Shown in pieces: positions 38,323 through 52,400 of a stretch of DNA of 64,000 bases (positions are counted from its first letter, which is position 1; the number at the start of each line of letters is the position of its first letter). Source of the stretch: a virus. Its lineage: Duplodnaviria > Heunggongvirae > Uroviricota > Caudoviricetes. The translations under genes and the position numbers were made by a program. Location: positions 749 to 64,748 of IMG/VR virus record IMGVR_UViG_3300010049_000010; one strand, given 5' to 3'. A model generated the notes under the pieces. That model saw nothing but the letters and a program-made list of their open reading frames with translations, did not search any database and was not told the DNA's origin.

Positions 38323-38450
38323 TTTTTTCTCCTATTAATATATCTTTCGAAGAAATAAGTTTAACTTTTGTTCGATCATATTAAAATCTAAGTTTGGCAT
38401 ATTTAACCAAAAGTCGCATATTAATAACTTCTTTCCTTCTGTTTCTTATT

Positions 38451-38458
38451 TATTTAGT
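38451..38458 (-). promoter_or_regulatory. Class A motif ACTAAATA upstream of the major capsid gene
   Basis: Same octamer as at other gene starts, 128 nt upstream of the MCP ATG. Confidence 0.6.
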
Positions 38459-38475
38459 TATTTTTATTGTAACAA

Positions 38476-39075
38476 CTATATAGTTCCCATAATCGTTAAA
38501 GTTCCCTCATCAACAGCAATTTCACATTTAGTGATATTTGCTTTACAAGGCTTAATTTTTTCTAACACATAATTTGCGTCATGCTGAATTGCTGTTACAT
38601 CTATATCCATTCCAATCCAAGATTCAACTGAATACTGGAAAGTAAATTCAATACTAATCTTTCCCTGATTATCAAATGCTGGTTGACATTGTCCAACTGC
38701 TCTTTTATACATTGAATTACTTCCAAGTAACTCTATCATAGCCACTTCAATAAGGGGGACTAATGTTTGAGTTAGTTGAGCAGTTTTATCGTTAATTACT
38801 TTTGGCAAGCCCATTACTGTTTGATAGTTACCTTGCGCGAACTTAATTTGCGCATTACCTATTGGATCTAACGCGTCATATTGGCCTTGTGTAATACCCT
38901 GAGAGTCTTGGGGAACTGCTCCGTCTTGAACGGGCATAAATTTTTCATCTGTAAGAACAGGTTGATTATCTTGGTCTAAAGGTTTATCAACAAAGGAATG
39001 ATTACCTTGTTCAACACCAGTATCTTCTCCACCTTCTTCTTTTTCTTCTTGTTCTTCGTTATTCTGATCTGCCAT
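38476..39075 (-). CDS. Hypothetical protein, acidic N-terminus
   Basis: 199-aa ORF preceded by ACTAAATA-ATT-ATG. Confidence 0.65.
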   Translation of the reverse strand: MADQNNEEQEEKEEGGEDTGVEQGNHSFVDKPLDQDNQPVLTDEKFMPVQDGAVPQDSQGITQGQYDALDPIGNAQIKFAQGNYQTVMGLPKVINDKTAQLTQTLVPLIEVAMIELLGSNSMYKRAVGQCQPAFDNQGKISIEFTFQYSVESWIGMDIDVTAIQHDANYVLEKIKPCKANITKCEIAVDEGTLTIMGTI

Positions 39076-40408
39076 AATTATTTAGTATCTGATTTGAGAA
39101 CGTCTTTCCTACCAAATTAGACATTAAAGTTTTGCCTAATACTGGTTCTCCTGTAGTTTTTATAATAAGTTTATAAGTATTTTTTACAAAGTTTTTAGAT
39201 GTTACTGAAAGCGCGCACTCATATGTAGATCCTGGATATAGATCTTTTATTTCAAATTGATTAGTGTCTAAAGAACTTATCTTATCCCTTACAATTCCCG
39301 GAACATAAATAACGATACTTTCAAAATTATTTTCATATTGTTGTAATACTTTCCAACCAATAGTGATAGTGTTATCAGTAGTAAGTTCATCTATTTGACG
39401 ATATTCTTCTAAGATACAATCAGGTTCTTCTTCAAAATAACCTTCAACTACATCTGAGATAGTTTCTTCAATAACGTCTTTAGTAAATCTTCCATCATTT
39501 TTCAGATGTTCAGATATTATAATCTCTTCTCCATTTATCTGTATTGGAGCTCTAACTTGAGGTTTCTGTGTAATATTTTGTGGAAGATGAATTTCAGCCC
39601 CTTCTCCATCTGGTGGATTAAAATTATATCCAGAAAATATTGGATTAGGACCAAACTTATTATCTCCCCAAATAAGAGAAGTTTTGTGCGTAAATACTAC
39701 TTCATTATTTTTATTATAACCATAAAGTCCACTAAATCTTACAGGTAATTCTAATCCATCATCTATTTGTTCTATAAGTGTTTGATATGACCTAATAGTG
39801 AATTCACACTTAATTGGAAATATTTTAGATTTTTCTAGCCAATCTTTTTCATTATATTCTACATTACTATCAAAAGAATCTAAAGTGATAAAAACTGGAA
39901 TATCAATTGGATGCCCGCATAAATCATGTTCAACTATAAAATATAATGGGAATTTTGGCTGAGATTCCCAATAGAGTAGTTGACTAGCAATATTTACATC
40001 ATCCCTTCTAGCAAAGAAAACTGTCGCGTTATATTTTATTTTTACAGCTGCAGCTTTAAGAATTAATCCAGTATCTGGGTTCATTTGGCCTAAAACTATT
40101 TGTCCCGCTTGTTGAGTCGCACCTCTATCATCAGCTTCATAAGTTCCAGTTTGAGAATATGCGGCAAATGGTAAACCTAAATTTATGTAATTATAATCTT
40201 GATTTTTAATATCTCCTTGACCAACAGTTTCTACTCGTCTTCTAAAAGCGATGTCTTCTTTTGAATAAACTACTCTGTTTAAATCACCATTAAATAATAA
40301 TTGAGAAAGATAAAATTCCATTCCAAATTTACACATTAAATTTGTATCAATGAAATTATTATTTCTAAGAGATTGATAATATGAGTTTACTTTTACTTCT
40401 TGTGCCAT
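39059..40408 (-). CDS. Tail terminator/completion protein (gp15-like) with C-terminal FN3 domain
   Basis: DIPVFITLDSFDSNVEY...IKCEFTIRSY resembles gp15; NTITIGWK...IKDLYPGSTYECALSV is FN3-like. Confidence 0.55.
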   Translation of the reverse strand: MAQEVKVNSYYQSLRNNNFIDTNLMCKFGMEFYLSQLLFNGDLNRVVYSKEDIAFRRRVETVGQGDIKNQDYNYINLGLPFAAYSQTGTYEADDRGATQQAGQIVLGQMNPDTGLILKAAAVKIKYNATVFFARRDDVNIASQLLYWESQPKFPLYFIVEHDLCGHPIDIPVFITLDSFDSNVEYNEKDWLEKSKIFPIKCEFTIRSYQTLIEQIDDGLELPVRFSGLYGYNKNNEVVFTHKTSLIWGDNKFGPNPIFSGYNFNPPDGEGAEIHLPQNITQKPQVRAPIQINGEEIIISEHLKNDGRFTKDVIEETISDVVEGYFEEEPDCILEEYRQIDELTTDNTITIGWKVLQQYENNFESIVIYVPGIVRDKISSLDTNQFEIKDLYPGSTYECALSVTSKNFVKNTYKLIIKTTGEPVLGKTLMSNLVGKTFSNQILNNYGRSE

Positions 40409-43400
40409 TATGCTATTTCCTCTAATAATAATGAATAACTTATATGATTTAAATTACTTCTATATTGGGCTATTGGGTGAGTTAAATAAGCTACCAATTC
40501 TCCCCTTCTATTAAATAATCCCATCTCAGTAATATCTACAACTCCATATTCTCTATCTCGTTTGTCTAATACATTTTCTTTAGTGTTTAAATAAAATGAT
40601 AAATTTATCTTATTCTGTAATTCTATTTTTGAAGACCAAATATCTCCATATTCTCCGCTTATACCATAAAATGAATTGAGATACTTAATACCATACAAGA
40701 ATTTATATTTATCGTATTGATAATCATCTGGAGGACCATTTACTATAAAGTTTATTATTCCCTCAGTATGATCTATAATTTCAATACTAGATTTTTGAAT
40801 TAGTTTATTTTCTATAAAATTATATTCATATTGTATTGAATTATCTATATCAGATAAATAAGAATTAGTAACAGGCATTTGAATAAAATTATCGCCTTGT
40901 TTTGTTGGCACTGTTAAACTTAAAGATGTGATAAAATCTTTAAATTTTTCATCATAATTATCTTTTATATTGATATTAATGACGAATGGATTTATTTCTT
41001 TTCCTTCAATATAATATTCTGATTTGAACCAATCAATAGTAGTTTTATAAAGAGGCTCTAATAAATTAAGTCTAGGATCAGTAGTTCCATAAATTTCATT
41101 TCGACAATCCCCATATTCATTTCCAACAGGAGACCATTGAATTTGCCCATTTTGAACCCACGGTTTAATAAATATACCATTTTCATCACTTAAGAAAATT
41201 TTAAATCCATCTTTATTAGTCCAGTTATTATTTAAATACATTGGTAATGAATTATTATTATAAATTACATTTCGTATAGTAACAGGCGGAGGTGGATATA
41301 TTTCTGTATTTATAAAAATTCTATCAAATCCAAATAATTTTGTTTCTAAATAACTTACTTCTTGAACATAATCAGGATTATTTAAGTATTTAATTTGAGG
41401 ATAAATAGTATTAAGAGGTAATAATTTCATTCTAATAAAATGGTTTTCACCATCATTTAATTTATCTTCTTTTTCTCCAATTAAATTAAATAAATTGAAA
41501 CGAGAAAAATCATTAGCGATATAGGAAATTTCATTTATATCTTTTCCTTTATATTCTCCTAATATTATTCTTTCTTTAAATTCTATAATACTTCCTTTAA
41601 CATCAGTTAATTCTTTAAAATTTTCAAAAGTAGGTTTATTAAATAAAACATTTCCAAAAAGACCATCAATTAAAATTGGAGTTGTATGAGTTAAGATTTC
41701 TTTCAATTCATTTGGTATTCTTGTAAAAATATATTTTCCTGTCGTAAAATAATCTATTTCAAAAGGAATCGCAGTAACTACATTTAATTTTTTAATAATA
41801 GTATTTCCATTCATTATTACTGACATCATATTATCATTCATAATCATATATTTTTGTCCAGTATATAATTGATCTTTAGAATAAACTTCATATCTTATAG
41901 AATTTCCAATTATCCAATCTTTATTAGTTAAAATTTCTAATTCGTAATTTCTAATATCAAGATTAAAGTTTTCATTATTATTAGTAATTCTAAGATTTCT
42001 TAATGATTGTTCATAATTAATCATTGGAATTGATATAGTTAAATCTTCTGGAATGCCATAACTGTCAACTCTAATAGAATCACTAAAACTTATTAAAGAG
42101 AAATCAATTGAAGAAAGAACTATGTTTCTGCTTATTGTTCTACCATCAAATTTGATATTTGCTATATTATTTCCAAAGAATTCTTCTCTATTAAAATCAA
42201 TAACATCAATATCAACTATTTTTCCGATTTCTTTTAAATAACTAACATCTAACTCATGGGTAGTTAATTTATTATTTTCATCTGTTACGTGAATAAATAA
42301 TTTATTATTTTCAATAGAAGGAATATTAAAATCTTTGCAGTTAAATAAAACTTGTTGATTTTCTATATCATATTCGAATCCTTCAATACTATTATCTAAG
42401 AAATCCATAAATTCTATATTATAAAAATCCCTAATTTTTGTTGAACTTATAGAAATACCAGCTTTACTTAATCTCATTAAAGTAAGCATAATTTTATCTT
42501 CATTAAGTTGGTCTCTTGTTATATCTCGATATAAATAAACAGTTTTCTTTGGAGTATATATATTTAATGGAGCTGATTCTAATTTATAAAGATTATATTC
42601 TACGAAATTATTTTTTTCATATTCTTCTTCAGTTTTATAAAATTTAATTTTATTTTCTTTTTTAATTAAATTTCCATAATCAAATTTCGTGTCTTCATGT
42701 GGGTTAAGCCAAAATAATCCATTTTTGGAATTCATTTTATTACCATACTTATCTGTTAAATAAACATATTCATCAAATCTATTTTTCACTAATTTTCTTT
42801 TAAATGCATGATGGTCTATGTGTTCTGGTCTTTCTAATACGAAATTTTTATTTAAAAGCGAGCCACCATATCCTTTTGGTTTAATATAAATACCATTTAT
42901 TTCTAATCCTTCTTCAACAGGTAATATTATATCTTCAAAGAAATTAAAATTTTCATTATAAAATGAAGTTTGTTCACTATTAAACTCATAAGGCATAGAT
43001 ATATTAAGATAAAAATTAATGTTTCCTTTTATAAATAAAGTTGAATTAGAAGTGTCTAATACATAATATTTATTATTATATAAATAAGGAGCAAATCTCA
43101 TACTTAAATTTTTCTTATAATACGGACCAAACGGACCATCTTTCCGCTCAATATCACTTACTAAGTCAATAAAAGATTGATTAATTTTAATAGGATTTAA
43201 TTCTTTTCTTCTAATTCTATAAGGATTTAATTGAGGATCATCAGTATCTCTGTCCATTTGTGATGCAGTAATAATTTGGTTATCTTCAGTTGGCCATTCA
43301 TATAAAAGATTATTATCTATTAAGAAATTAATTACTTTAGAAATATCATTATTAACATCTATTTGTAAATCTGGATTATTTCTATTAAAGTTTAAATTAT

Positions 43401-46400
43401 GAATTTGTTTAACATCAATTTCAGCCATTAATATTTGGAAATCATCTTGATTTTCTTCTGGTTTATAATCACTTTTTAATAATGGAGCTCTTAATAATGT
43501 TCTATAATCTATATTTTCTGTAATTAGGTCCTTCATCGTAAAATTAGTATCTTGATGATACCAAGGATCTAACATTCTCATATAGTCACCTTTTATATCA
43601 CAAAGATAAATTGGTTGATTTTCATAATTTAAGGATTCTCTGTAATTATGAACTTCTTCATTATTTGCATCTACAAAAGTATCATACTCATATGTATATC
43701 TATTAGTATCTTCAGAAATTGCAGGGATTCCGCGTTTATCTTCTAATCTTAATTCAGGCGTTAAATTTTCTCTTGGAGAATATAATCTATTAGCAAACTT
43801 AGGATCATCTACTTTAATAAATGATCTTACTAAAAAATCTCCATTTGAATCTAAATATTCATTTTTGAATTCTAAAAATCTTGTTGGATTTTCAATTAAA
43901 TTAGAAGATTCAATAGATACTAAAACGTGAACAAATTCAGAACTATTAGCTGGTGTAACTGAGGAAACATATTCAATTATATCATCTCCAACTTTAGTAA
44001 TTCTCGTTCCTCGTTCAATATTAAAATTAAATGGAAGTTCTAAACAGAATTTTTTACTATAGCTTATTTCTAAATTATCTGAATTAAGATATCCATTGCA
44101 TAATACACCATTGTAATTTTCTAATCTAAAATTTTTCCAAGTAGCTTTTAAATCACCAAGTTTTACATTAGACATATTTTTAAGTTGTCCGTCATTAATT
44201 ATGCTATCACCAACTAACATAAGAGTCATAAAACCTAAATCACTAGATCCATTATTAGTACCGCTCTTAAACATTATTCTTATTTCATTGCCAGTTCTAT
44301 ATATAGAATCAGCAAAGATATTTAATGACCCGATTGCATTTAATGAAGGTATAGCTCCAGTTGTTGGTATGTTTACTTCATAAAAAGTTTTTCCTTCGTT
44401 ATCACTAAAGAAAACTACTGGATATTTATTTGAAACAATTCTTGTACCATCACTTGGTAAGAAATTAATTAAAGTTTCTCTTTCAATTCTTCCATCTTCA
44501 GTATCATTTAATCTATTACATTCACTTATTGGAGCTGAAATATAACCTGAGTATATTTGGAAATTATCATTTATGTATTTTCCCATTATAGTAAAATATT
44601 TTGCTACATTTCCAGAAGGATAAACGCCAAAAGGTCTATATTGATTTCCAAAACCAACTGTTTGAGTTTTAATATTTGTAGAAGTTAATCCGTAAACATA
44701 ATTAGTTCCTAAGTTTGTAATATTCCAATTATTATAATTTTCAATATTATCTCTTGATGTCGCTTTTTCTAATGGAAATGTTATTATATCATCTTTATTA
44801 GTTTGAATAATTAATTGCGTATTTGTTAACGTTACATCTTTTATAGTATCATGATTAAAGAAATAATCAACACGTTCTCCTGAACATATAGCTGAGTAAT
44901 AATCCATTAAATATCTGATATAATTTTGTTTTACCATATATTTAGAAACAGTATATCCTAATTCATAAAAAGTTTCTTGAGGACTTGACCATTTTGTTAT
45001 TGCAGCAGTTCTAAAATTAGGAATTTTTCCATTTTCTGTATGATGGAATTCAATTCCATTTAAAGTTATTTCTCTAGGAATATTATCTTCTACAGGGAAC
45101 TCCAAAACATCATTTGCTGTTATCCAAGCCTTAATTGTTTGAGCATCTCCAGATCTATTTCCTAAATATTTCAAGTAAATATCTCTTTGTAATTTTACAA
45201 ACCTATATGCTTGGCTTAAATTTAATTCATCAAATAATTTATAAGTAACATTTATACTTGATGGTAGTCTTGCTCGTTTCCAGTGATAATTATCTGTTAA
45301 TCCATTAGGCAATAAAGCTCTTTCTCTTCCGTCAGTAGTTGGATTTTTTAAGTCCTTTGATATATAACAATTTGTTTTAGTATAAAAGAAAATATCTCTT
45401 CCACTTATAATTACTTGATTATTAAGTGAATTATATGCGGTCCATTTTTTAGCTCTATTCTCATTGTCATTTCCAGTTAATATTTGATACGGTCCTTCTG
45501 TATAAAATTGTGGGACATTTGTAATCGTATTTGTTGTTCCATATTCAGGTATATTATGCGTTAAAATTCTTTTTGGATCTTTAACAGAGAAATCATAAAT
45601 ATGATAACAATTAGGTGTGGCTTGGGCTATATTTATTTCAAATCTAGCACTTGTCACCCCAGGCGCGAGTACAATTGCCGCGATATTTATATTTTGAGAT
45701 ATTTCTGCTCGAGGTAATTTCCATAAAAATTGTCCAGCAATAAGACTATTATAAATATCAGTATGACTATCTTTTGAAAATCTACCAAAATTATGTCCAA
45801 CAACATAAGTTGTTACTTTCGTTTCTTCTAAATTTGTATTATTAGTAATAAAGTTTGTTGATAATATTGGATTTTCTGATACTATCCATCTTTGAAGACT
45901 ATGATTATATATCCAAACTTGATGAACTTGGTCTGTTCCATTAGTTGACAATCTGTTTAATATACCAAAAGAAATTGAAGTTTCTTGTGTTGTCGCAACT
46001 TTTTTGAATGAAAAATCAATTACTTTATAATTATCTAAACCTATTCCTGTTATATTAAAATCTCTTCTAACGGAAATATTATTAGTTCCATTTCCAGTCC
46101 CACTTATAATAAAGCTTTGTTTTTGCGGTCCTGCATCTCTGTCATGGGGTGTCTGAGATCCAGTTCCAGACCACGTAATAGCTTGAGCCGGCTCAACATA
46201 ACTTATCTCGCTAAAAGCGACGTCTCTTGTTATTACATTTTTATAATTTTTTATTAAGTTATCATGTCTTTCATCACCAACATAATTATCTCTAATTTGT
46301 ATAGATTCATAAGTATTTAAGTCTCCACCTTCGAATGGCGCAGCATATATTCTTTCAAGTTTATAATCACTTGCATCTATAGGATCTATTCTCACTGAGA

Positions 46401-49400
46401 ATATTACAGGAAAATCTTGCTGATTAGTAACAGCTTCTTTTTTATAAGCGCCTATTATCCATAAGTTCTTTTTTAAGTCCCAAGATAATGAGTTGGCTGA
46501 ATATATATTGTTTGTTCCGGTTTCCGTTAAAGTAAAACTTGCTCCAGGAAGACGATTTTCCCCCGTTAATTCTAATCTATCAGGTATTCTTAATAATGGC
46601 GTTTTATAATAGAATATTTTGTCTTGCTGGTCTATTACGAATAAAATTCCCCTTCTATAATCCATAAATTTAATATCACTTGGAGTAGTAGCTACTTCTC
46701 CTGAAAATTCATAAGTTTTATAATCATTGAATGTAGAAGATGAGATGCTAATTAAATCTTTAATATCATCATTTTTTCTAACATAAGTTAATGCGTCTCC
46801 TAATTTTGGATTATTATTAAAATAAATTTTTGATGGTTCAGAAATATCAATCTCACCTTCTAATACAAGTAAGTTTCTAAAATATATAAAAGTATTCATT
46901 CCATCTGTTAAAGACTTTGTTATTCTCATATCTCTTATATTAGGAGTATAAATTAATGATCCGTCTTGCCATCTTGATTCACCAAAATTTATTTCATTTT
47001 CAGGATAAAGAATACTTTCATTATTTATAATTTTAACTGGTTGTAATTTTTGTATTTCTGTTAAAAACTTCATTTTGTTAGAAGTATGTATAGGCTCTCT
47101 ATCATATTTATAATTAACGCTTAAATATTGTTTATTATTAGCGAAATCAATATAAATGCCTTTAAATAATCCTTCAATATTACAATAATTTGAAAATAAA
47201 ACAGATTCTAAGTTAACATTATATGGAGACCTAACATTTACTTGTTCTATTTGAAGAATTCTATCAAATAAACTTAAATCGTTAGAATTAAATCTAATTC
47301 CTTCAATACCGGAAATAACAGCTTGATCAGCTACTACCCCATCAACCATAGCTTCAATTTTTTGATATTGTCCGTAAATATATAAAAGATTTTTGAAATA
47401 TTTATTATTTTGCTGATCAATAGCAAATTTTTTTCTTTCATTATTTATCGTATTATATGAATATAAAGTATCATAATTTTTATCATAATAAATTTTATCT
47501 TCAGTAATGTCTAGGAAATGTCTTATTTCTTCTTTCGCAATATCATTTAAATTTTCCCATTCTTCTAAATCAACTTTTATTATATTTCCATCTTCATCTT
47601 CCACTTCTTTTTCCGGGTCGAATTTAATATCAGTTCTTTGGCCATCTGTTCCTAATTTATAATAGTAACTAATATCTTCATTATAATCTATTTCATCATT
47701 TTCATCATAAAAATAACCTTTCACTTTAAATTTTGGTATAACTGAAAATTTAATATCAGTAGTGCCTCTTAATATATTTTTATACCCCAAATCAATTTTA
47801 TTTTTATATTTATTTATAATCTCTATTGGAAATATATTCTTATCTTTAGTATATCCATATCTTCCTACAAAAGTAAGATATTCAAAATTTCTAATTGTAG
47901 CCATTCTATAACTATGATCAATTAAAAAGAACATCTTATTAGTATTTATAAAGATTAAATTAAACTTATTATTAATTAAAACAAGTCCCATATTTTGACC
48001 ATTTCCAATAAAACATTTATTAAAATGATCTTGACCATTATATTTGTCATAACCGCAAGTGTAATTAAACCAAAGTATATCGTGTTCATTAATATTATAA
48101 ATATTATTAAAATTAATTGGAAATGCGTCAATTTTTTCTTGAGAAGGATTATTATCTAAGTCACTAATTGTAATTTCAGTGCCATTTATTACGTTTAAAT
48201 AAATTTTCGTAAGTTCATTTTCTGAATATAATGCTAAATTTTGTTCACTTGATTTTATTATACCTAAATTCATTATTGTTTTTACAAGAAGCTTGTGTAA
48301 TAATGTTTTATCATTAAACATAACACCAGGTATAATAGAGTTTCCAATAGTAACTCTCGTTTCTTCATCTCCGGGAGGTGGAAGAACTATTTTATTAAGT
48401 TCAGATTGTAACCCATAAAGTCCATTAAAGATAAAATCTTTTATTTCCCATTTGTTATTAAAATTATTATATAATAATATTGTGCCGGCTTTATATGAAA
48501 AGTTTGCTATTTCTCTTCCATCGATAGTGTAATTTGTTCCTAATCTTTCATCAAGAGGAGTAGGACATTTTTGCATATCAATTACATTAGTAAGATTTGT
48601 ATTTTCCGTTATTACGTAATAATAGTTTGCATCTAAAAATTCTGGAGCTGGCGGATATCCTATAATATAATCATTTTCACATTTAACACTTTTAGGAATC
48701 CATATTCCTTTATAACTAAACACTGAAGTTTGTTCAGGTTTAATTATTTCTACATCACCAATAAATCTATTATTATTTGCTATATTCTTAAATAAATCTA
48801 ATTCAAAAAATCTTCTATTTAAGATATTTATATCTTCTTCATTCATTTTTGAAAGATCTTTAAATACTTGTTTTATTATAGAAAATTGAACAGTTGTAAA
48901 TACTCTATTTAAGTAACCATCAAAATCAATATTTTTTTGAACTTCGTATTCTCCAAGATAAACTCTCATTATTGGTTTATGAATACTATAAATTGGATCA
49001 TAAGCTCTTTCATCATTTACATCAAATTCTTTTACAAAATAAGTAGACCTCTCTATTTTAGATGGATCTAATCCTCGAGCTTTTAATTCTTCGTTGGTCA
49101 TTGAACTTATATCAGTATTATCATACACATCATAATTCCAATAAGCCTTTGGTTCCATACTTTCATACTGAGCTTCCAAGTCTTTTTTTCTGAAAATATC
49201 ATCACTCAATTTTCCAATTCCAATATCAACATAATATGGCATTGTTCTAGAATTCCAACCATAAGTTCTAAATGAAGAATCTATATTATTATCTCTAGTA
49301 GCTACTCCATTAGTATAAGTAAATGCATTTATATTTACTCCAATACTTACTTCATCTGAAGCCCTAGATATTTCTCCAACATAATTTTGGAAATAATCTA

Positions 49401-52400
49401 AGATTTCTTTTTTCATTATATATTCTCTACCACGATTAAAATTAAATATACCTTGAGGACTATTTAATTCTCGTTGTTTTAATCTATCTAATTCTTTGTA
49501 AGTTCTATGGGCTGTTAGTTCATAATATAGATTATTATTAGCATTTATAATTGATGGCATTACATAATTATCTGCCAAGTTAATATTTTTTGCATATAAA
49601 TCAACCACATGCTCATTAAAAAATCTTGTATAATCAGTAGCTTTTTTAAGATTTTTCGTCAAGTTATCTTTAAATTTAGAAACATCAATAGTGCTATTTA
49701 CAAATGTTAAAGATGGCCATTGTCCTTGTAATATATGTTTAATCATTGAACCGGAATCTATAACAGAATTTCTTGAAAGTTCTTTTCTATATTTAAAGAA
49801 TTGTTTACTATTATCTTTAGCGAATATATTTAATTTACAGAGATAAGTTAAAACTATATCTACTGATGTATTTAATTTTTTATTTAATGTGATACAATTT
49901 TTTTCAGAGTTTATTTCCATTATAAATGTGTCATTTTCTATAGTCGGACCAATTACTTGATCTCCTGTAGATAAACTTTGCATTCTATACATTGATTCAC
50001 TATCAATAAAACTTATAACATCTGAATCAGCCACGCATATACTTCTAATTTCTACTTTATGAGTTTGTCCAACTTCACCCATTATGTTATTTATTTTATC
50101 GTCAGGTAAAAATATTTCTAAAAATTGAGGTGTAGCATATGCGAATTTTCTTGGGTCAAAACTTCTATCAATAGCAATATAAATATCTCTATTAAGGGCT
50201 TTATATTTTAAAGTTGGTGAATAATCATAAATTTCTAAAAATTCTTTTTGTAAACATGAAAAATTTTCTTCTGGTACTGTATCAACATCTTTATCATTAT
50301 TAATAATTGACACTGTATTAAGAGAACCCATGCTATACTCTTCAATTACACCTTCTTTTCCATAGTAAGCTTCATTTTTATAAATAACCATTTCATCATA
50401 ATTATCTAAAGAAATAGATAATATATTTAAGAAATTGTCCCTATTTTCTAATATTGAATAAGAAGATTCTTTATCACTTGAAGTAGTCATGTAAATATTT
50501 TCTTGATTTAAAGGTTTTAATAAAAATCCTCTATTAGGTAAATAATCAGCTAATATGTTATCAGTTCTTAAAATATTATTATATATAAGTCTTTCCTCTG
50601 AAGTAAGGCCGCCTAAATTTCTATAATAACTTGTATTAAGGTCTGCTGCTAATTCTAACGCTAACCATTTAAAATAAACTGTATTATATTCTTCATAAAT
50701 ATCTATAATTTCATTGAGATTTTTTACTATTTCGTCTTCTTTAATAATTTGAGTTAAATTATTAAGTCTTGTATTAAATATAGATAATTTTTTAAATTTT
50801 TCTGGGGCAAGTTTTGAATAATTAGAGGCAATAATTTCTGCTAATCTCATAGATTCAGTGAAAGCAGATGCAGCCTTACCTAAAAAAGTTTTTATAAGAT
50901 TTTGTAAATTTGTCGTTTCTGCAATTAATTCATTAAAATATGCTAATATAACTGGATTTGAATTTATTAAATCTTGATTGGTACTACCATTTCTAAAAGA
51001 TGTAACTATATCAATTAAAACTCCAGGCTCATTAGAATAAGCATTTGTTCTATGTGTATCATTATTAAAAAATGGTATAATTATATTAAGTTGATTTTGA
51101 AATGATGTTCTAAAACTATTAAATCTTGAATTAAAACCATCTAAATTAAATTTTTCTGCTCTTATAAAATCCATTTCGGTAATTATTTTAACAATTACAG
51201 AAATAATTCTTTCAAGTAAAATTTTATTAACTTCAGAATCCTTTTCATCTGATAATCTTTTAAGAAGTTTATCATAATTATTTTTAACAATAGATATAAA
51301 TTGGTCAAATGCAGAAATATCAGATGTTATATTTTCATCTATAAATCCTCTTATATTCAATCTTAAACTTTCAGTTATTTGTAGAAATTCTTCATCAATA
51401 AATTCTTTTTCACTGATTATATCATTTGAGAAAGTTATTATTTCCTCTGATATTTCTAATATTGGATTAAGTAAATTTATATTTAAATTTTTAAGTAATT
51501 CTTTATCATTTTCAAAAGAAATTTTAATTTCTTTAAATTTATCTGTTTCATCTAATATAGAAGTTAACCTTAAATTTCTTAAAGTTATAGACATTCTTTC
51601 TAATATTCTATTTATTTGATTTAAGTCTGACCCGGTATATTCGTGTAAAAATCTATTTGATGCAGTTACAAAAGTTCCATAAAATTTTTGAAGTTCTACA
51701 AGTTGTTTATCTCTTATTGCCTCTGTTGACAAACTTACGCCTAAAAATTCATTATAAAGTGTTTCTAAGCCTCTTTGTCTAATTCTTAAAGATTGATATA
51801 TATCTAAGTCTCTTGAGAATATGTTTTGTATTCTTTGTAAACTTGATGTAGAATTCGTATTATATGTAGTTATATCAGATAAAATGCCATTATAAATTGG
51901 AATAAGTAACTTAAAATTAGTGTCACAATTATTCCACGCGGCATAATGATCTACATATTTTGGACTTCCAACTCTCCCTGTAGTTCCACTTCTAAATAAA
52001 CTTACAAGATCTTTAAATTTTTGTGTAGCTAATCCAGAAAAATCTGAATAAATAGCATCTAACATCATACTGTCTTTAACACGTGGAATAGCGTCTATAT
52101 AAAAAATAAAATTATTTAAGTTATACATTGATCTGTTATCTGGACCACCAAAATTATCTTCTACGAGCGGCTCAAATTTTCCAAAGAAAACTACTTTTTT
52201 ACCAACATAATCAGGACTATTATTTTTTCCGAATTCCATAACTAGACCATAATGTTCAGCTAATTTTCTACCTGGCGTTCCAACTGGTTCATCTGTAGAA
52301 TTATCAATAAGTGCTCTCATTCTATTAAAATCTATTTTTACGATATTATTGATTTTAACTTTTAATTCTCCACTTCCAATTCCAACTATTTCCGAAGCAA

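Noticed and set aside
37220-38338. Plus-strand ORFs opposite the major capsid gene
   Set aside because: Antisense shadows caused by the strong codon bias of a highly expressed gene.
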